Shown: positions 26,336 to 41,050, counted from the stretch's first letter. The stretch: 64,000 bases of DNA from Haliotis rubra (GCF_003918875.1 NW_025767541.1:62001-126000), one strand, 5' to 3'. Notes: generated by a model from the sequence alone, not told the origin. Program-made: numbers and translations.

Positions 26336-27579
26336 TCCCTTATCTAAAATCTAGATCCACAAATTCCATGAAACTGTTCACATTGAAGATGTACTAACTA
26401 CACATAACCAGAGACCATATAACAGATCTTTTATATGGTCTCTGACATAGCCTAACCTTTAAGACATCTTGTTGACCGTAGGAAATAGTAGCTCCATATT
26501 AGGCCTGCTTATTTGAATCTACATAGGTCTGAACAGAGTACAATGTCAACACAAAAACACCGGTATAAAACTAAGCCTGTCATAAATCCAAGTCAACATG
26601 AACTAGTTAGATATCACCTCAAGCAATGCATGACAATTCCCTTGTTGTATGATCTACCTACCAAAACATTTACAAATGTGAAATAAAACTACTTCTGTTA
26701 ACCACGTTTACACATATTTTAAGTAAAATGTGCTAACAAACTTCATACTTTTAATTGAAACATTATTTTATTTCCACTTCAACAACAACTTTAAAACTGT
26801 AAGAAGGCTTAACAAAAAGAGAGACGTTTCTAATTTTATATTCAACTGGTTTTGGAAACCATGTCATAAAAATCACTGGCCTTTTAGAAGCGCTGATTTG
26901 GTTTTGCAAACACATTACAATTTGTTTATTTAGTGTTTAATATTGCACTCTGTATTACAACAGTTAACTAAACATTATCAAGTCTGAACCAGATAATGTT
27001 GTGATTGACATAATAAGTGAAAGTCCATACCATCAGCATACACAGACACCAAACCTGACCACTGAATCCATTAAGCCTCTCTACAGACAAACATTGGTCC
27101 CCAGTGAAGCTCAGAACACCTACCAGGCCCACTCTTAATCTGTACCAGGATAACCACATGATCATTTCTAAACACAAAAATATATCCCTAGGACACAGTG
27201 AAGAGTTTGAATATCCATTGTGTTAAATCCATTATATTAATCCATTGTAAGCCCCCAAAATGGTTGGAAACTACTTTCAACAAGTTAAAAAGAACTATAT
27301 GTTCACTGTTTGTCTATAAATGCAAAAAATGTCCAGACTTCCCCCACCACCCCCCATCCTAGAAAAATATACATTTGTTCGACTATACACACCTGAATTG
27401 GAAAAGAAATGCACATATCCTTGGCTTGAAAACTACACAGTGATGAACCTCATAACTACTGCATGAAAAAGTAAATAGTATGGGCCTTATGGCAGGAAGT
27501 GTTTATCATCGTCTCACTGATCATAGGCTTGCCCTGAAAATCAATATCATCAGAAATCAATACTGCAGTGTGTACGTAC

Positions 27580-27640
27580 CAACAATGACGACATCCGTGT
27601 GGACAGCCCCATTGACACAGCAAGGCGAGGATGAGGTCAT
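27580..27640 (-). CDS. OSGIN: OSGIN-like first coding exon (whole exon about 27580-27723, including 5'UTR with a short CTG run)
   Basis: ATG at 27640 gives MTSSSPCCVNGAVHTDVVIVG|gtacgt. Phase 1 joins GA AAT GGC to form VVIVGNGPS. In-frame upstream TAG. Acceptor gtttcag near 27724. Confidence 0.88.
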
Positions 27641-27991
27641 CTTGGTGCACGACTACCCACAATGCAGCAGCAGCAGCAGCAAAACCTCACCACGCAGCAC
27701 CTACACTGTGGGCCCAACTGCAGCTGAAACAACCCAAACTGGCATAAGCTTTTGGAGAAAGTTCTAATGAGCACAGCACAAACTAATCAAACATTACAAC
27801 TACAAGCGATGAGGATCCAATTACGTGACCCACCTTAAGATGAGTTGCAATTTTAATGGGGGTTTTGAAAGTGGGACACACTGTTAGCGATGAAAATACA
27901 AAGCAAACGTAAAATATTTATCAAATTACAAAGTATGTTTACAGTAGCTTTCCAACATAGCTGTAGTGTTACTAAAACCTTTTAAGAGATA

Positions 27992-28086
27992 TAGGTGATA
28001 ACTAGGTAATATAACAAGGTGATAACTAGGTAATATAACTAGGGTAATATAACTAGGTGATAACTAGGTAATATAACTAGGCGATA
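27992..28086. repeat. 24-bp tandem repeat, about 4 copies
   Basis: taggtgataactaggtaatataac repeated. Confidence 0.85.
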
Positions 28087-29689
28087 AAAAAAGATGAAGA
28101 TCTTTCAAAGACAGAAAAGTTTTAAAACACATTACATCCTTCCAGTAGGAAAATGGTTTCCCACACCAAAACCAAAACAACTTTGCATGTCTCAGATTTT
28201 GACAAGATAACCTGCATCACTACCTGGCAAAAAATGACAGCCATGTTTCACAACAACCTCTATGATGACCATAACATACCCTTATGAAGGTCCCGTCATC
28301 CCCACTTCACATGGAAACATTGGCGACAAGACCGCTTGTAAAGTTTCAAGCCCATTAAGGTAGTCATAATGGCTTCAACCAACAATAACATGCATGTTTT
28401 ATATATAAAAAAAATACATTGACCATGACCTTTGATCAACATGTTTTCCAAACAGGACTTCATTATTTCAAATGGTGGAACAACAAACTGAAACTTTATG
28501 ACAGGTCAACAACATTTTGTTGCCAATATTTTGTGACCTTGACCAGTGATTGGTTTCAATTAATCAATATGTATGGTAAGCTAATCCACATGAATGGTAC
28601 ATAACCTCATTTGTTACACAAATATGTCTTGATGTTTTACCCTCTACCAGTGCTGTAGGCCATGGTGGCTACTCTTACATGAACACACATGAACATATCG
28701 TTGTGTTCCAGACATCGCTGACCGACTTTACTCACAGACATCCATGGAAGAAACGATAAACCCTTCCAAGGAGGAGCAATAAAATCTGGATCACTTTGAA
28801 AAGACGTATATCACTATTGGCCAAGGGGTCATGGATATAGGTCAAACTATTCACCGGATATCTCAATCATATTTTACCCACTGACAGTTGCTACCTTGTT
28901 TCATTTACTGCTTGTCTGTTTGTTGCGCTCAGTAATATTCCAGCTGTATGACTGTGGCCTAAAAATAATCAAGTCATGACCAAGTCCAGCGACTAAAATC
29001 ATCACAGGTAGATGGATGAGGCTTTGTGTTTGTTTGTTTGCTATTTCACCCTTCAGGACCATACAATCCAGTGAGTCATTTTCTAAAAACATTCATGCCA
29101 GTGTAGTATTAGGACATGTTTTCAGACAAGTAACCAAGTCCAACCAGCCATTCTATTTCATCACCTCTTCCAACCAGAATACAGTATTGGGGACCTATCG
29201 TACCTGTTGTAACCAAGAATACCTACAGATATACATACTGTAGTAAATAAGTGAAAATGCCATGATTTAATGCACAAGAGGCCAAAGACGGTTAAATGGG
29301 TCCAACAGAACTAATATCTTTACAAATTGTCCCAAGTTTCTACATTTGATTAACAAAAATTGGTTAGCTTTTTCCTCTTCAGGTTGTTATTGCAGGTAAG
29401 TACAGAGAAAAACCATGTGGTTCTGTATTGTTTTTTGTTTGATTTAGAAACTGCGCAAATTGCATTGGCATATTCAATGTCAAATGAAAGTCACTCACCA
29501 TTTCATGGAACTTGCACAATGAATTCACTTGGATCAAAATCTGATTTTCTTTTAAGTTTCTAGATTATTCTCTAATTACCAATATTTTGGTTGTCCATAT
29601 TTGGTTCGAACATACCAAGAACTTAAAAACACTGAACAGTATGCCAAATTAAAATACCTTGCATGTATAGAATATAAATAGCACATAAA

Positions 29690-29978
29690 CAGGGCTACAG
29701 ATAAGGGGCGTACAGGCGTAATGCACGCCTAAAAATCAATGAAGTACGACATAATGTAAGACTTCAAGCGTATCATGTACGCACATAAATACCTTTGTAC
29801 GACTAACATATCTGAAGTTTAATAGCTGAATATGTGTTGAATATTATAAATCACAAACCACAACACCAACTCGCTCACACAAAAACATGTCAGTACTCCT
29901 TCAAAATTCTCAGTACACCTCCACTTGCAATATTAGGTGTAAGTACAGCCACACCCCAAAAAGTTATCTGGAGCCCTG
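29690..29978. mobile_element. MITE with CAGGG termini, short version
   Basis: TIRs cagggctacagataa / ttatctggagccctg. The body is the reverse complement of the copy at 35232-35762. Confidence 0.85.
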
Positions 29979-30384
29979 TATAAATGTATTTATAGTATAA
30001 CTCACGTTTGCATTTAATTATAGAAACAGTATGTGTGTACATTTTAATCATAAAAGTATATATTTTAAATAAACATAAAAAGTGACCTAAGAATATGTTT
30101 AATTCAAAATCTGCCTTTTTAGAGTAATTTTAGACCAGCTGCATACTTGGCATGTTGGATGCGTGCCTAACAAGGTTGACATTATGACCAGGTCAGTCAG
30201 GTTATCAGACCCAGCTGTCGTCACGCTGACACATCCCACATAAGATGTCTGTCTTAGATATGAGAACAAGGACAGGTAGCAGTGTGGGAGTGGATGACGT
30301 GGTCAGTATTCCCGACACTGGGTGACTGGAGCATGTACTGACATGTATAAACAAACATGTACTTACATTTAAGGAACTCCAATA

Positions 30385-30925
30385 CAGCTAGCGACTGTCC
30401 ATATACTAACACAGGTTATAATCGTCGATATACTTGCACAGGTAATAATTGTCTATATACTAACCCTGCTAACAGCTGTACATACACTAACACTGCTAAC
30501 AGCTGTCCATATACTAAACTGCTAACAGCTGTCCATATACTAACACAGGTAATAATGGTCTATATACTTGCACAGGTAATAATTGTCCATATACTAACCC
30601 TGCTAACAATTGTCCATATACTAAGACTGCTAACAACTGTCCATACACTAAGACTGCTAACAGCTGTCCATACACTAAGACTGCCAACAGCTGTACATAC
30701 ACTAAGACTGCTAACAGCTGTCCATACACTAAGACTGCTAACAATTGTCCATACACTAAGACTGCTAACAGCTGTCCATATACTAAGACTGCTAACAATT
30801 GTCCATACACCTAAGACTGCTAACAACTGTCCATATACTAACACAGCTAACAGCTGTCCATATACTAAGACTGCTAACAACTGTCCATATACTAACAAAG
30901 CTAACAACAGTCTGTGTACTAAAAC
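30385..30925. repeat. 27-bp minisatellite
   Basis: Unit ctaagactgctaacagctgtccataca with degenerate flanks. Confidence 0.92.
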
Positions 30926-31912
30926 TAATTTCACTGTACAAGAAGTGATAGGAAGGAGTCAGTTTGACAAGTAGATTGACAAGGCACAGGTGGCAGCTGT
31001 AAACTTCAGGGACTAACAAATGATTAACTTGTTTCACCTGAAAAGAATTTAACACTAAACAGATGACAAAGTATACGCAGTTGTATGGAAAACAACATCT
31101 TCATCCTTCGGTTATAGCGGCACTTAGCATTATTTTTCGACACCATTGTCATACGCCACAGTTATCAGATCTATCCTGAAACATTGCTATAATAGTATAA
31201 CGCGGAATTTGTTATCTGTAAAAGTGTGGTTTTGTAATAATCATCTTTTTAATGCTTAAAGACAAATTCTTTACCGTCCAGAACAGACCATCAATCAATC
31301 TCTTTAGTTCACCGTAAGGTATTTTTTTCAAGAATGAATGTAAGTACACAGTGCAAAAGCTACTGAAACAGTGGAGATCCTGTTCATGGCGCCAACATGT
31401 GAGGACAAAACGTGATGACCGACGATCACAACTGCATCTTGCTTAAAAGGGGTGAACATCTAGTATCATCCCTAGCGTTGTGATTGGTTCCAGCCTCTGG
31501 TTGCTAAGGCTAAGAGCATTGTTTTAGGACTGTTAAATATTGAAATATATTACCTCATACCTGTCATCTCTCATGCATCTTACCTCAATGTCTCATTACC
31601 TCTTTAAACTCATGCATTATTGAAAACGTTTATAAACTAGCACCAAATGACATAAAATCTTTTTTTAAATAACCTAAACACCAATTTTTCTGGCAGGGCT
31701 TTGCTGTCTGGACCCTAGCTTCTCACTCATTGGAACTGTCAGAGGTTGACAGCTATTACCTTTAAAGGAGGAAAGATTGTATGAAATACCATTATTTGCA
31801 CAAGTGCATTTTATCAATGCATGACTTAGTCAGTTGAAGTGCTGTGACATCACAATGTTTCAGTATTGAAATAATATCATGATCCGCTGTTCATGACATC
31901 AAAAGTTGATAA

Positions 31913-32326
31913 AACAAGAAGACAAAGTCATCAATATTCCCCGCAATGGCAAAATACTCTTCATGATTATGTCTACAAGTTATGATTATGTCAAATATTT
32001 AGGTGTGTATATAGAAAAGTGAAAGGAGAGTATTGAAAGGTTTTTTAAAGTTCTGATCCAGAAAGGAGCAATATCACCAATTTCAGTCTAAGTCAAACTT
32101 CTTGCCATGGAAATGCCAAAAATATTTTATTCAGAATTCCAAAACAACCAAAAGGCACCAGTACACCACCAGATCCATGTATGTGCCAAGTTTGGTGAAG
32201 AAATATTGAACGGTTTTAGAGTTCTGCTCCGGAAAAGACAAATGTACACGGACGGACGGACGGACGGACGCACGCACGGACGGAGCCCATTTTAATAAAA
32301 CCTGCAAAACACGTTGAGGGGGATAA
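31913..32326 (+). mobile_element. Non-autonomous Helentron/HINE (DINE-1-like) element
   Basis: Starts aacaaga, contains ccaagtttggtgaaga and an (ACGG)n microsatellite at about 32248-32284, and ends in a hairpin-like ...gaggggggataa. Confidence 0.55.
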
Positions 32327-32832
32327 CACTATCACTACAACAACAGGCTCACTTCAGGTCTATTGGGTAAATCTTGATGTTTCCGTTCACTTCATTGAGT
32401 AATATATAACATAAAGTACTAGAAACAGATTTAATTGTCTCTGATCAATGAATGCATTGTTGATGAGGGTACATACATTAAATGACTATAAATATGTCAA
32501 ATCGAATTGATAATGAGTGTTTGAATAATCATGCACGCCTGCCTTCTCAAAAAAAATCAATGATTTTAACATATTCTCTGCTATTGTCAGAAGCCTCCGA
32601 ATTACATAACATTTCAGCAAACCCATTCCCTCAAGAAATTTAATACCATAACACATCGGAACGCTTTTCCCTATTTTTATGAAAATATCATCTGGTGCAA
32701 GTCAAAACCACAAACCATGCATGGAATTAATAGTGGCTTTTATCTGTGAAAGTACATGATAAATCAAGCTAAAACCTATAACCAGGACTGCCCTCCATAC
32801 AAACCATTCACCGTCTATTGTCTTCTTTATAC

Positions 32833-32955
32833 CATGGGCGGATCCAGGAATTTTGAAAGAAGGGTGGGGGGAGAAAACAAATTTTATTTTTTTTTCAATG
32901 TGGTCTTAAGTCATTTTCAGAGGGGGTTCAACCCCCGACCTTTGATCCGCCACTG
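32833..32955. mobile_element. Small MITE, 5-bp TSD (tatac)
   Basis: TIRs catgggcggatc / gatccgccactg, with tatac on both sides. Confidence 0.8.
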
Positions 32956-34336
32956 TATACATTACGTAACACACCTCTACTAGTACAACAATTTACGCTT
33001 ATGCATTCAATGTGGAGCAAAATTGCTTTTAAAATTTCCTATTCAAAAATTCTTGTCATGTTCACTTCAATAATGCCTGTGATGTTCAAGTCAATAATGA
33101 GTAAACATGTTGATAAATAACATACAACTACAATTAAAACATACTATTGATATGTATGTCAGATATACTTTTCATACTTATCTGGATATTAATATAATAA
33201 TAAGTGCTGGTATCTTTTCTCAAAGAAATATCTTACCTTAGACACAAGTGGCGTGGCGTATCTTGTCTGTCAAGACACACAATCACAAACTGAGGACAAA
33301 TTAACTGCACATGAGGAATATACTCTGGGTTAATTATTATGTACATAACTCCCTCAGCTCTCACAGGAATGCTGTGTCTGCCAATCAATAGCTGATGCCA
33401 AGCAACAAACCCCGCCTTCAACAATGATTGACATAACCGACCCTCCTTTCAAATATGCTTACTCATGTTTTACCACTACATCTAGTTCACAGTGAACATT
33501 TCACAGAGATAAGCCAATCTGATAGAGGAGGTTTGAATGAATTTGCCAGTGAGGTTTAGGCTCACGCACTAGTCGCTTTAGCATAAGCATAGAAAATCTG
33601 TCAAACTTAAAACAGCTGCTTTTCTCACAATATCTTTTTATGTCGCATAAACCGTCAAAATTGATCTACACCAGTTGGCTGTAAATCACTGTATCTACCA
33701 TTGTAAAATATAAATTTATTTGGTAGGTTAATGTTTTGCTTAAAGAATGTACTGTATAGGATTCCTTAAACCCTCTTTTAGTTTGATTTGGAGAGGTAGG
33801 TTATAAAAAAATTACTAATTACTTTCCCCAGTTTCTGTCCTTGAACAGCTGCATAGCAGCGTTCATACAGTTCAGACCTCACTCTGTGAATGTTCATACT
33901 GTACTGAACTCCCAAAACGTGAATGTCAATTCTCAATCCAACAAAATATACATATCTATTTTTGTCTTTCATAAGGCAAGCAGTACATGCTTCTTTGAAC
34001 AATAGATAACCCCAAAAGCTATAAATATCAAAATCAGACACTAACACTTTAAATTTATTGATTGCTTGACCTAACAGTTCACGATCATGATAAGAGATAT
34101 ACTTGTCTAGTAATAAAAACATCTTGGTGGCAAAAATCATTTTCAATCAAACAAAACTGAATTTGATTAATTCTTGTCACAAAAAAACTTAGCAGTCAAC
34201 AATATAGAATAACTTGTCTCAGTACAAAAATTCTTTTCAATTTTCTAGTTAGGAATGAAATCCACTATGAAACTTATTGGCTCAAATCGTTGGAACACAA
34301 CTTGGTTCTATATGTTTTTAACAAAGTTTGTTACGA

Positions 34337-34507
34337 CTGATTGACTGACTGAGTTTTGGTTTTACGCCGCTTTTAGCAATATTCCAGCAACATCACGGCT
34401 GGGGACACCAGAAATGGGCTTCACACATTGTAACCATGTGGGGATTCGAACCCGGGTCTTCAGCGTGACGAGCCAACGCTTTAACCACTAGGCTACAACA
34501 CCGCCCC
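34337..34507 (-). mobile_element. SINE family A, TSD aagtttgttacga
   Basis: Full-length tRNA-headed copy with a 13-bp TSD. Confidence 0.9.
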
Positions 34508-34749
34508 AAGTTTGTTACGATATCAAATGAAGAATGGTTTCTATTTGTGAACATGCAGAAGATAGAATTACCCTATAAATATAAGCAAATTTCAAATAAG
34601 CGAGAAATTATTTTGTAAATCCAACACATTGTGTGAATATTAGTACATAGTCATGTCACAAACAGTTCATATTTAATGCTAAATCATGAAGATACATACA
34701 ATTGGTTGTTTAATAAATATATTACTATCACTACATTCAGCCAATACAT

Positions 34750-34865
34750 TGTCGCCAATGCTTATCCAAATTGCGTAGTCGATGCTCATGCTGTTGATCA
34801 CTGGACCACAGCCATATAGCTGGAATATTGCGGAGTGTACGTGGCATTAAACAACAAACCCACCA
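34750..34865 (+). mobile_element. SINE family B fragment
   Basis: gatgctcatgctgttgatcactgg...gctggaatattgcggagtg...aaacaacaaac. Confidence 0.7.
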
Positions 34866-35231
34866 ACTAGTTGTGGCTGGGTTTTTGTTGATTAGGTTTG
34901 ATTAGATGATGGTAAACTGCAGGGATGTAGTAATCTACTGTAACCCTCTCCTACCCTTTGTCTATCCGTCTTATAGCCATTATCTATATACAACACTATT
35001 AGTCATGTCTGATCACACTGTACAGCAACCTCCTCAATTATCCTTTATGTACATATCCCCCTTGTGCATCATGCCGTGTATCACTTGCTTGATATCAGTG
35101 TTGGTATCTATACCATTGCAATAAAGAAGTTGTCGATCCATATAACTTGTTCGTCTTCATTCAGTTTCTTTCTAAACAAATTTCAAGATGAGAGCCACAT
35201 GGCTCGATCCAAGGATAACCTTAATTATGAA

Positions 35232-35762
35232 CAGGGTTCCAGATAACTTTTGGGGTGCGAGTGTACTTACACCTCATATTGCAAGTGGAGGTGTACTGAG
35301 AATTTTGAAGGAGTACCGACATGTTTTTGTGTGAGCAAGTTGGTGATGTGGTTTGTCTGGACGATTCATCGATCACTTATTCCAACCATGTTTTTGTATT
35401 TGAAGACGAGTGAGAAATAGCTGAGCGACCGTGTGATTCGCGAAATGTCAGGTCCGACTGGATATAAATAGGAACAGTGTGGTTTTTAGCCAATCAAAAA
35501 ATAGTGATGCATATCAATGCATGGGATTCCCACTGCCGTGGTTTTCTCATGTGTCAAATCGCGTTTCACAAAAGAAACTCTTGACAAGTATTTATCCAAA
35601 ATAGATTTCCATTTGCACGATATGCACGGAAATTAAATGTTAGACGTACAAAGGTATTTATGTGCGTACATGATACGTTTGAAATCTTGTGTTATGTCTT
35701 ATGTAATGTTCATTGATTTTGAGGCGTACAATACCCCTGTATGCCAGTTATCTGTATCCCTG
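35232..35762. mobile_element. MITE with CAGGG termini, long version, 5-bp TSD (atgaa)
   Basis: TIRs cagggttccagataac / gttatctgtatccctg, with atgaa on both sides. Shares both ends with 29690-29978. Confidence 0.85.
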
Positions 35763-36117
35763 ATGAAGACAGAATGGGAGGCATGTTTGAAGCCTGACTG
35801 GAATTCTCTGTGCAACTTCTGAAGACACCATTAATGGGATCATTCATACAAAGTTTCATCTCTACACCAAGTAACACTAGAAAAACTAGGTTACTTTAAA
35901 GTAATTAGTTATTGATTGATCAAAAAAACAAAATACACAAGAAAAGTACATTGAACATTTTACAACAAACCATACATGTCCTGCAAAGAAATGTCATGAT
36001 ACATGCAGGAATGGCTGACTACTTGGCAAAACTGACATTTTCAAGATGGCAGTTCCTTAGCGGCCATGTACGTCAGGTCAGAACGGTTGTGACTAACTGT
36101 AGCTGGGATCATTCATA

Positions 36118-36273
36118 GTGAGTGATGGTTTTACACTGCTTTACCAATATTCCAGCAATATCAAAGGAAGGGACACCAACAAAGGGCTTCACACATTGTA
36201 CCCTTGTGGGAAATCAAACCTAGGTTACGGCATGACGTAGAACACTTTAACCACTAGGCTACCCCACCGCCCC
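36118..36273 (-). mobile_element. SINE family A
   Basis: Consensus head and tail. Confidence 0.85.
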
Positions 36274-37318
36274 AAATTATGAGTAAGAACGACAGACAGA
36301 TGGACATACACGAAATAATGTACAGAATATCTGTCCTGAAATGGCAAACATGATTTGAGTTGATTTCAGTTTACTATTCCGGACTTCCATACAGCAAACT
36401 GATCCATTTTATCACGATAATGTTCCAAGAATTTGAATCTATGGCCCAACCGCCCTGGTATAAATTAAAAAGGGTGTGGTTCACAGAGCAACAATTAAGC
36501 CACTTCAGGAGTGGAAACTGCATTTCAAAACCTATTCAGTCTGAAAATGCCTATTGAGTCCTACAATACCTACGGAGTGTCACACTGCCTATTTTCCCCC
36601 GAAAACAAATTCACCTCTGTCATTATGTCTGCTGCGTGAGTGCACCATTACAATTACAACTATGAAACTCTCATTCTGCAGCACTAAACCCAGAGTTCTC
36701 AATAGCGTTAACAGCATTCAACTATTGATGTGCTGTTCCTTCTTTCAAAGAATGACTCACTTCTCTGTAATATTCACATGTAAATATTAATATTTCATGC
36801 ATACAGCCCACAATAAATTAACCTTATTCATGGATCTCTGATCCAGGAAGAAATAGTTGTCGAATCTCGCTTACATAACAGAGAAACTAGACGCTCAGAT
36901 TTGGCTGAATCATTGTTTGTACAATCTTCCTTGGCGGGTAGAATGTAAACATGTGCAAAACTTCACGACTCACATGCGCATGTTTATTTTTACTCAACTG
37001 GGTCACTTGCTATCTCCCTGTATTCTTGACACATTTCTGGGAAACGTGGGGCGACATGTATTTAAAGAGGCAGTGTTGATATCTCTACAAGTACAGATCA
37101 AAGGTCTTGGCATATCATTACATCATGTGGCGGCAGGTGTTGTAACAAATGTACTGACATACTTAGATAAATGTGTGCTGCAGGTGATTTTCCTGCCAAG
37201 GAGATTTCTGGTCGTGCCCTAGACAAGGAGCACTATGAACTGTAAGACCAATGGAACTCAGAGCGGGACATTTTTAAAATGTTACAGTATTTTGTTGCTT
37301 GTGCTTGACAATTTTTAA

Positions 37319-37483
37319 GTGAGTGAGTGAATATGGATTTACGCCGCTTTTAGCAATATGCCAGCAACATCAAGACGGGAAACCAGAAATGAGCTTTACA
37401 CATTGTACCCATGTGGGGAATTGAACCCGGGCCTTCAGCGTGATGAGCGAACACTTTAACCACAAGACTACCCCACCACCCCC
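37319..37483 (-). mobile_element. SINE family A
   Basis: Consensus head and tail. Confidence 0.88.
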
Positions 37484-38503
37484 TTTTATAACTGGGACTA
37501 TTTACAAACTACTACAATGTTTCACAATACTTAAGAAATACAATACAAAACACAAGTACATTGGAAGCGTACAAAATGAACCAATACAATAAAGGAGACA
37601 AAACCTATCCAATTCATTAAAAACACCTTTGAGAATTACCAGTCTTGATTTTCCATTTGGCATAACTTGGAAACTAATGCTGAAACTTAGAGATGGGTCT
37701 CTCCAAATCAGGATGACACCAGGAGCTGATGAAAGGATTAGCATGTCCTGCGTGACTGCTTGCACCCAATACTCACTAGTACCTCAAACCAACATCAGTT
37801 GTATAGCATACAAGGCCATGTCTAACATGATGCTGAAATTTTAGAATTTACAAACAATAATTCAGTTAAAAAAGTCAATAGCCCTCACGAGGTACTTACT
37901 AAATGCAAGTGTATTGTGTTTGAGCGGTGTTCTGATTCAGGACACCGTGGCCATCAGCAGTGTGTTCGAAGACTTTGAACCTCTCTACCCAGTCCTCCAC
38001 AGCTCTACACACCATGTAAAAATGGATCACTATCTGACCAAAGGCCTCTTTTAAAAGTCCCTGACCTCCATGTACGAGCCATCATGACATGATCTAGTTA
38101 TTATTAAAGTCCTACCTCAGTAAAGCAAGTCTGTGGTGTTTATTCACAGACATCTCCAATGGACATTAAGGTTGTATGTTTTGTTCATTACTCATTGTCT
38201 TCTTTATTACAGGTTGGCCCTAATGGGTGACCTGGGTTGAATATGTCCCTGTGTGTGTGTTATAGTGAGGGGGAACCTGCTGGAAAGACCTGTCATAGAG
38301 GCTCAGCATGCTCTGTCCACACAGTGAAGAAGTGTCCATGATTCAACAGCTTAAAGGAGGTCACAGAACAGGTCAAAACTACCTCAGGTGTAACATCTCT
38401 TTGGCAAACATGATCTGTTCTAGTTTCTGTGACGGAGGAAATAAGTGAATGTGAGTGAGTATGAAACTAAGTGTGAAAGCGAGAGTGTCAGCTTAATGTT
38501 GGA

Positions 38504-38698
38504 GTGAGTGAGTAAGTTTAGTTTTACACCGCATTCAGCAATATTCCAGCTATATGGAGACGGTCTGTAAATAACTGAGTGTGGACCAGACAATCCAGTG
38601 ATCAACAGCATGAGCATCGATCTGCGCAATTGGGAACCGATGACAAGTGTCAATGAAGCCAGCGTGCCTGACCGCCAGATCCCGTTAGTCTCCTCTTA
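38504..38698 (-). mobile_element. SINE family B, 5'-truncated, TSD agcttaatgttggag
   Basis: Matches the 19915 copy; 15-bp direct repeat flanks. Confidence 0.88.
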
Positions 38699-39101
38699 AG
38701 CTTAATGTTGGAGAATTTGAGGCAGGCTACAGATGCAGGAAATTTGGGTTAAACCCACAAACATCAATATTGTGCTGACCCACCAACAAACATAATCAGG
38801 GTTAAGTGGGATTTCTCATTCACAATCACAGGCTCCTGGAATGTCTAGGGGATGCAACTCCGCACAGCCTCCTGTGCCACTTCAAGTAGTTCATGATGCA
38901 GCAATCGGCAGTGTGAAAACAACATTGATTTCTTCCTAATCTGGAAGAACACTTCTTTCAATGTGATAAACTCTGTGTTTTACATGCTATCAGTGAAAAA
39001 CAGTTAACCTTTGCAAAAACAAAACATGACATATAAATACATGAAGAAGTTATCAAATAATAAATTCAAACCAAATTACACTTTAGACCTAGGTGAGAGA
39101 T

Positions 39102-39249
39102 AGAGTGAGTTGGGTTTTACGCCGCTTTTAGCAATATGCCAGCAATATCACGACAGGGCACAGCACACATTGTACCCATGTGGGGAATCGAACCCAGGTC
39201 TTTAGTGTGATGAGCAAACGCCTCAACCACTAGGTTACCCCACTGCCCC
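39102..39249 (-). mobile_element. SINE family A
   Basis: Consensus match; flanks tagacct(a/g)gg. Confidence 0.85.
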
Positions 39250-40096
39250 TGTAGACCTGGGACTGAATATTGGCCTTGAAAAATGCTAAGAAGAACAAAA
39301 TCTCGGAACAATGAAGTGTCAGGCTTGAGGTTTTAGAGAGATGCAGGAACAATATGGATACTAGGAGTGAATGTTTTATGCCACTGAGTCAACAATTCTG
39401 CAGCTGTATAACAGCTGCATGTATGCAATCAGGTTAGGACCAAGCAGATTAATGACGGGAAACTTGTACACATATGACAAACTATCAGTCACAAATCCTG
39501 ATAGCCTAATTCAAGAAAGATTCTGGATGACAAATAAAACATCACCGTCATGTCAGTCAACTGACCATCTTGCAGTCAATATGAGTACAACACCCTAACA
39601 ATGCCGATCTCCTGACTCACCACAACATATTGTCACATGCTGCGTACTTTACAATGAATAAATTTCATGACTAAGGAGACAAACAAAACCCAAATCAATA
39701 TTCAGTTGCAAGTTTGTATGAAGTTAGACATGCTTGACAAAGCATTTGTCACACATTATAAATTAGTACATAAGATCAGGCTTATGTCTATCATAAACAT
39801 TTTTTTTGCCAAAGCAACAAGTTCGCGTGACTATCGCAATAAATTCCTGATCAGTGCATAACATTTATGCTCAGTTAGATATATATCCAGTGTATTCATG
39901 GAGAGGTGGCTTTTTAACATAATTATGGAAGACAATGAGTCTTCATGACTATCTCAAACATATTTTTTTTGTACATCACTCAGACAACTGATTTTATTAT
40001 TTGCCTGCATATCAGGTTTTACCTTTATATGACCTATGGCCCTGTAAGTTTTGATTTCACACATTGGTTTTCACAACAGCTTCAGCTGTATGGGTA

Positions 40097-40259
40097 AGTG
40101 AGTGAGTTCAGTTTTACGTCGCTTTTAGCAATATTCCAGCTATATCATAGCAGGGGGATACCAGAATGGGCTTCATACACTGTAGCCATGTGGGGAATTG
40201 AGCCCAGGTCTTCAGCGTGACGCACAAATGCTTTTACCACTAGGCTACACCACGGCCCC
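40097..40259 (-). mobile_element. SINE family A, TSD cttcagctgtatgg
   Basis: Consensus match with a 14-bp TSD. Confidence 0.88.
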
Positions 40260-40482
40260 TTCAGCTGTATGGAGTTTTGAGAGTGTAAACTGGCCATACC
40301 AAACCATGATTTATAGACTTATCCATCCAGTACCATAAAGATAATGAGGTATGTATGACGCAAGTGGATAAACTTGCAGGACAAAGTTCTCTCCCTTAGC
40401 TGCAAAAATTCAGCTTGTCACATTTCAAATCCCAGATTTAACCTGAAGACGATCCATGTTTTGTCACCAGCATGGCCATAAT

Positions 40483-40645
40483 AGTGAGTGAGTTTAGTTT
40501 TACGCCGCTTTTAGCAATATTCCAGTAATATCACGGCAGGGGACACCAGACATGGGCTTTACACATTGTACCCATGTGGGAAATCAAACCCGGGACTTCG
40601 GCGTGATGAGCGAACGCTTTAACCACTAGGCTACCCTTCCGGCCC
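40483..40645 (-). mobile_element. SINE family A
   Basis: Near-consensus copy. Confidence 0.9.
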
Positions 40646-40895
40646 TATATAACATGAAACATAGAGGGAGGGCTAGTTTAAGGGGTAAGCTTGGTCTTGT
40701 CACCTTTTGGCAGAAATAATACAAATGTGACATTAATTTTTAATTTACTTTCTTGAGGGATTTGGATTTGTGGCTGAAGTAGTAACTTCATCTGAAGTCA
40801 CATATTGTACTAGCTTCTGCCCATGTAGGTATAGTGGCTGGGTAGACATGACGATGTCATGCGCCTTGCAAGCTTGACTAGGCAGTCATGTTTGC

Positions 40896-41050
40896 GTGAG
40901 ATTAGTTTTACGCCGATTTTAGCAACATTCCAGCATAAGCGGCGGGGGGACACCAGAACTGGGCTTCACACATCGTACCCATGTGCGGAATAGAACCCAG
41001 GTCTTCAGCGTGACGAGCGAACACTTTAACCCATGGCTACCCCACCACCC
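40896..41050 (-). mobile_element. SINE family A
   Basis: Near-consensus copy flanked by gtca(t/c)(g/a)tttg. Confidence 0.88.

Noticed and set aside
27664-27682. (CAG)n run as a polyglutamine tract
   Set aside because: Lies in the OSGIN 5'UTR upstream of an in-frame stop and is only about 5-6 units.
30357-31055. 205-aa and overlapping repetitive ORFs
   Set aside because: Translation of the 27-bp minisatellite.
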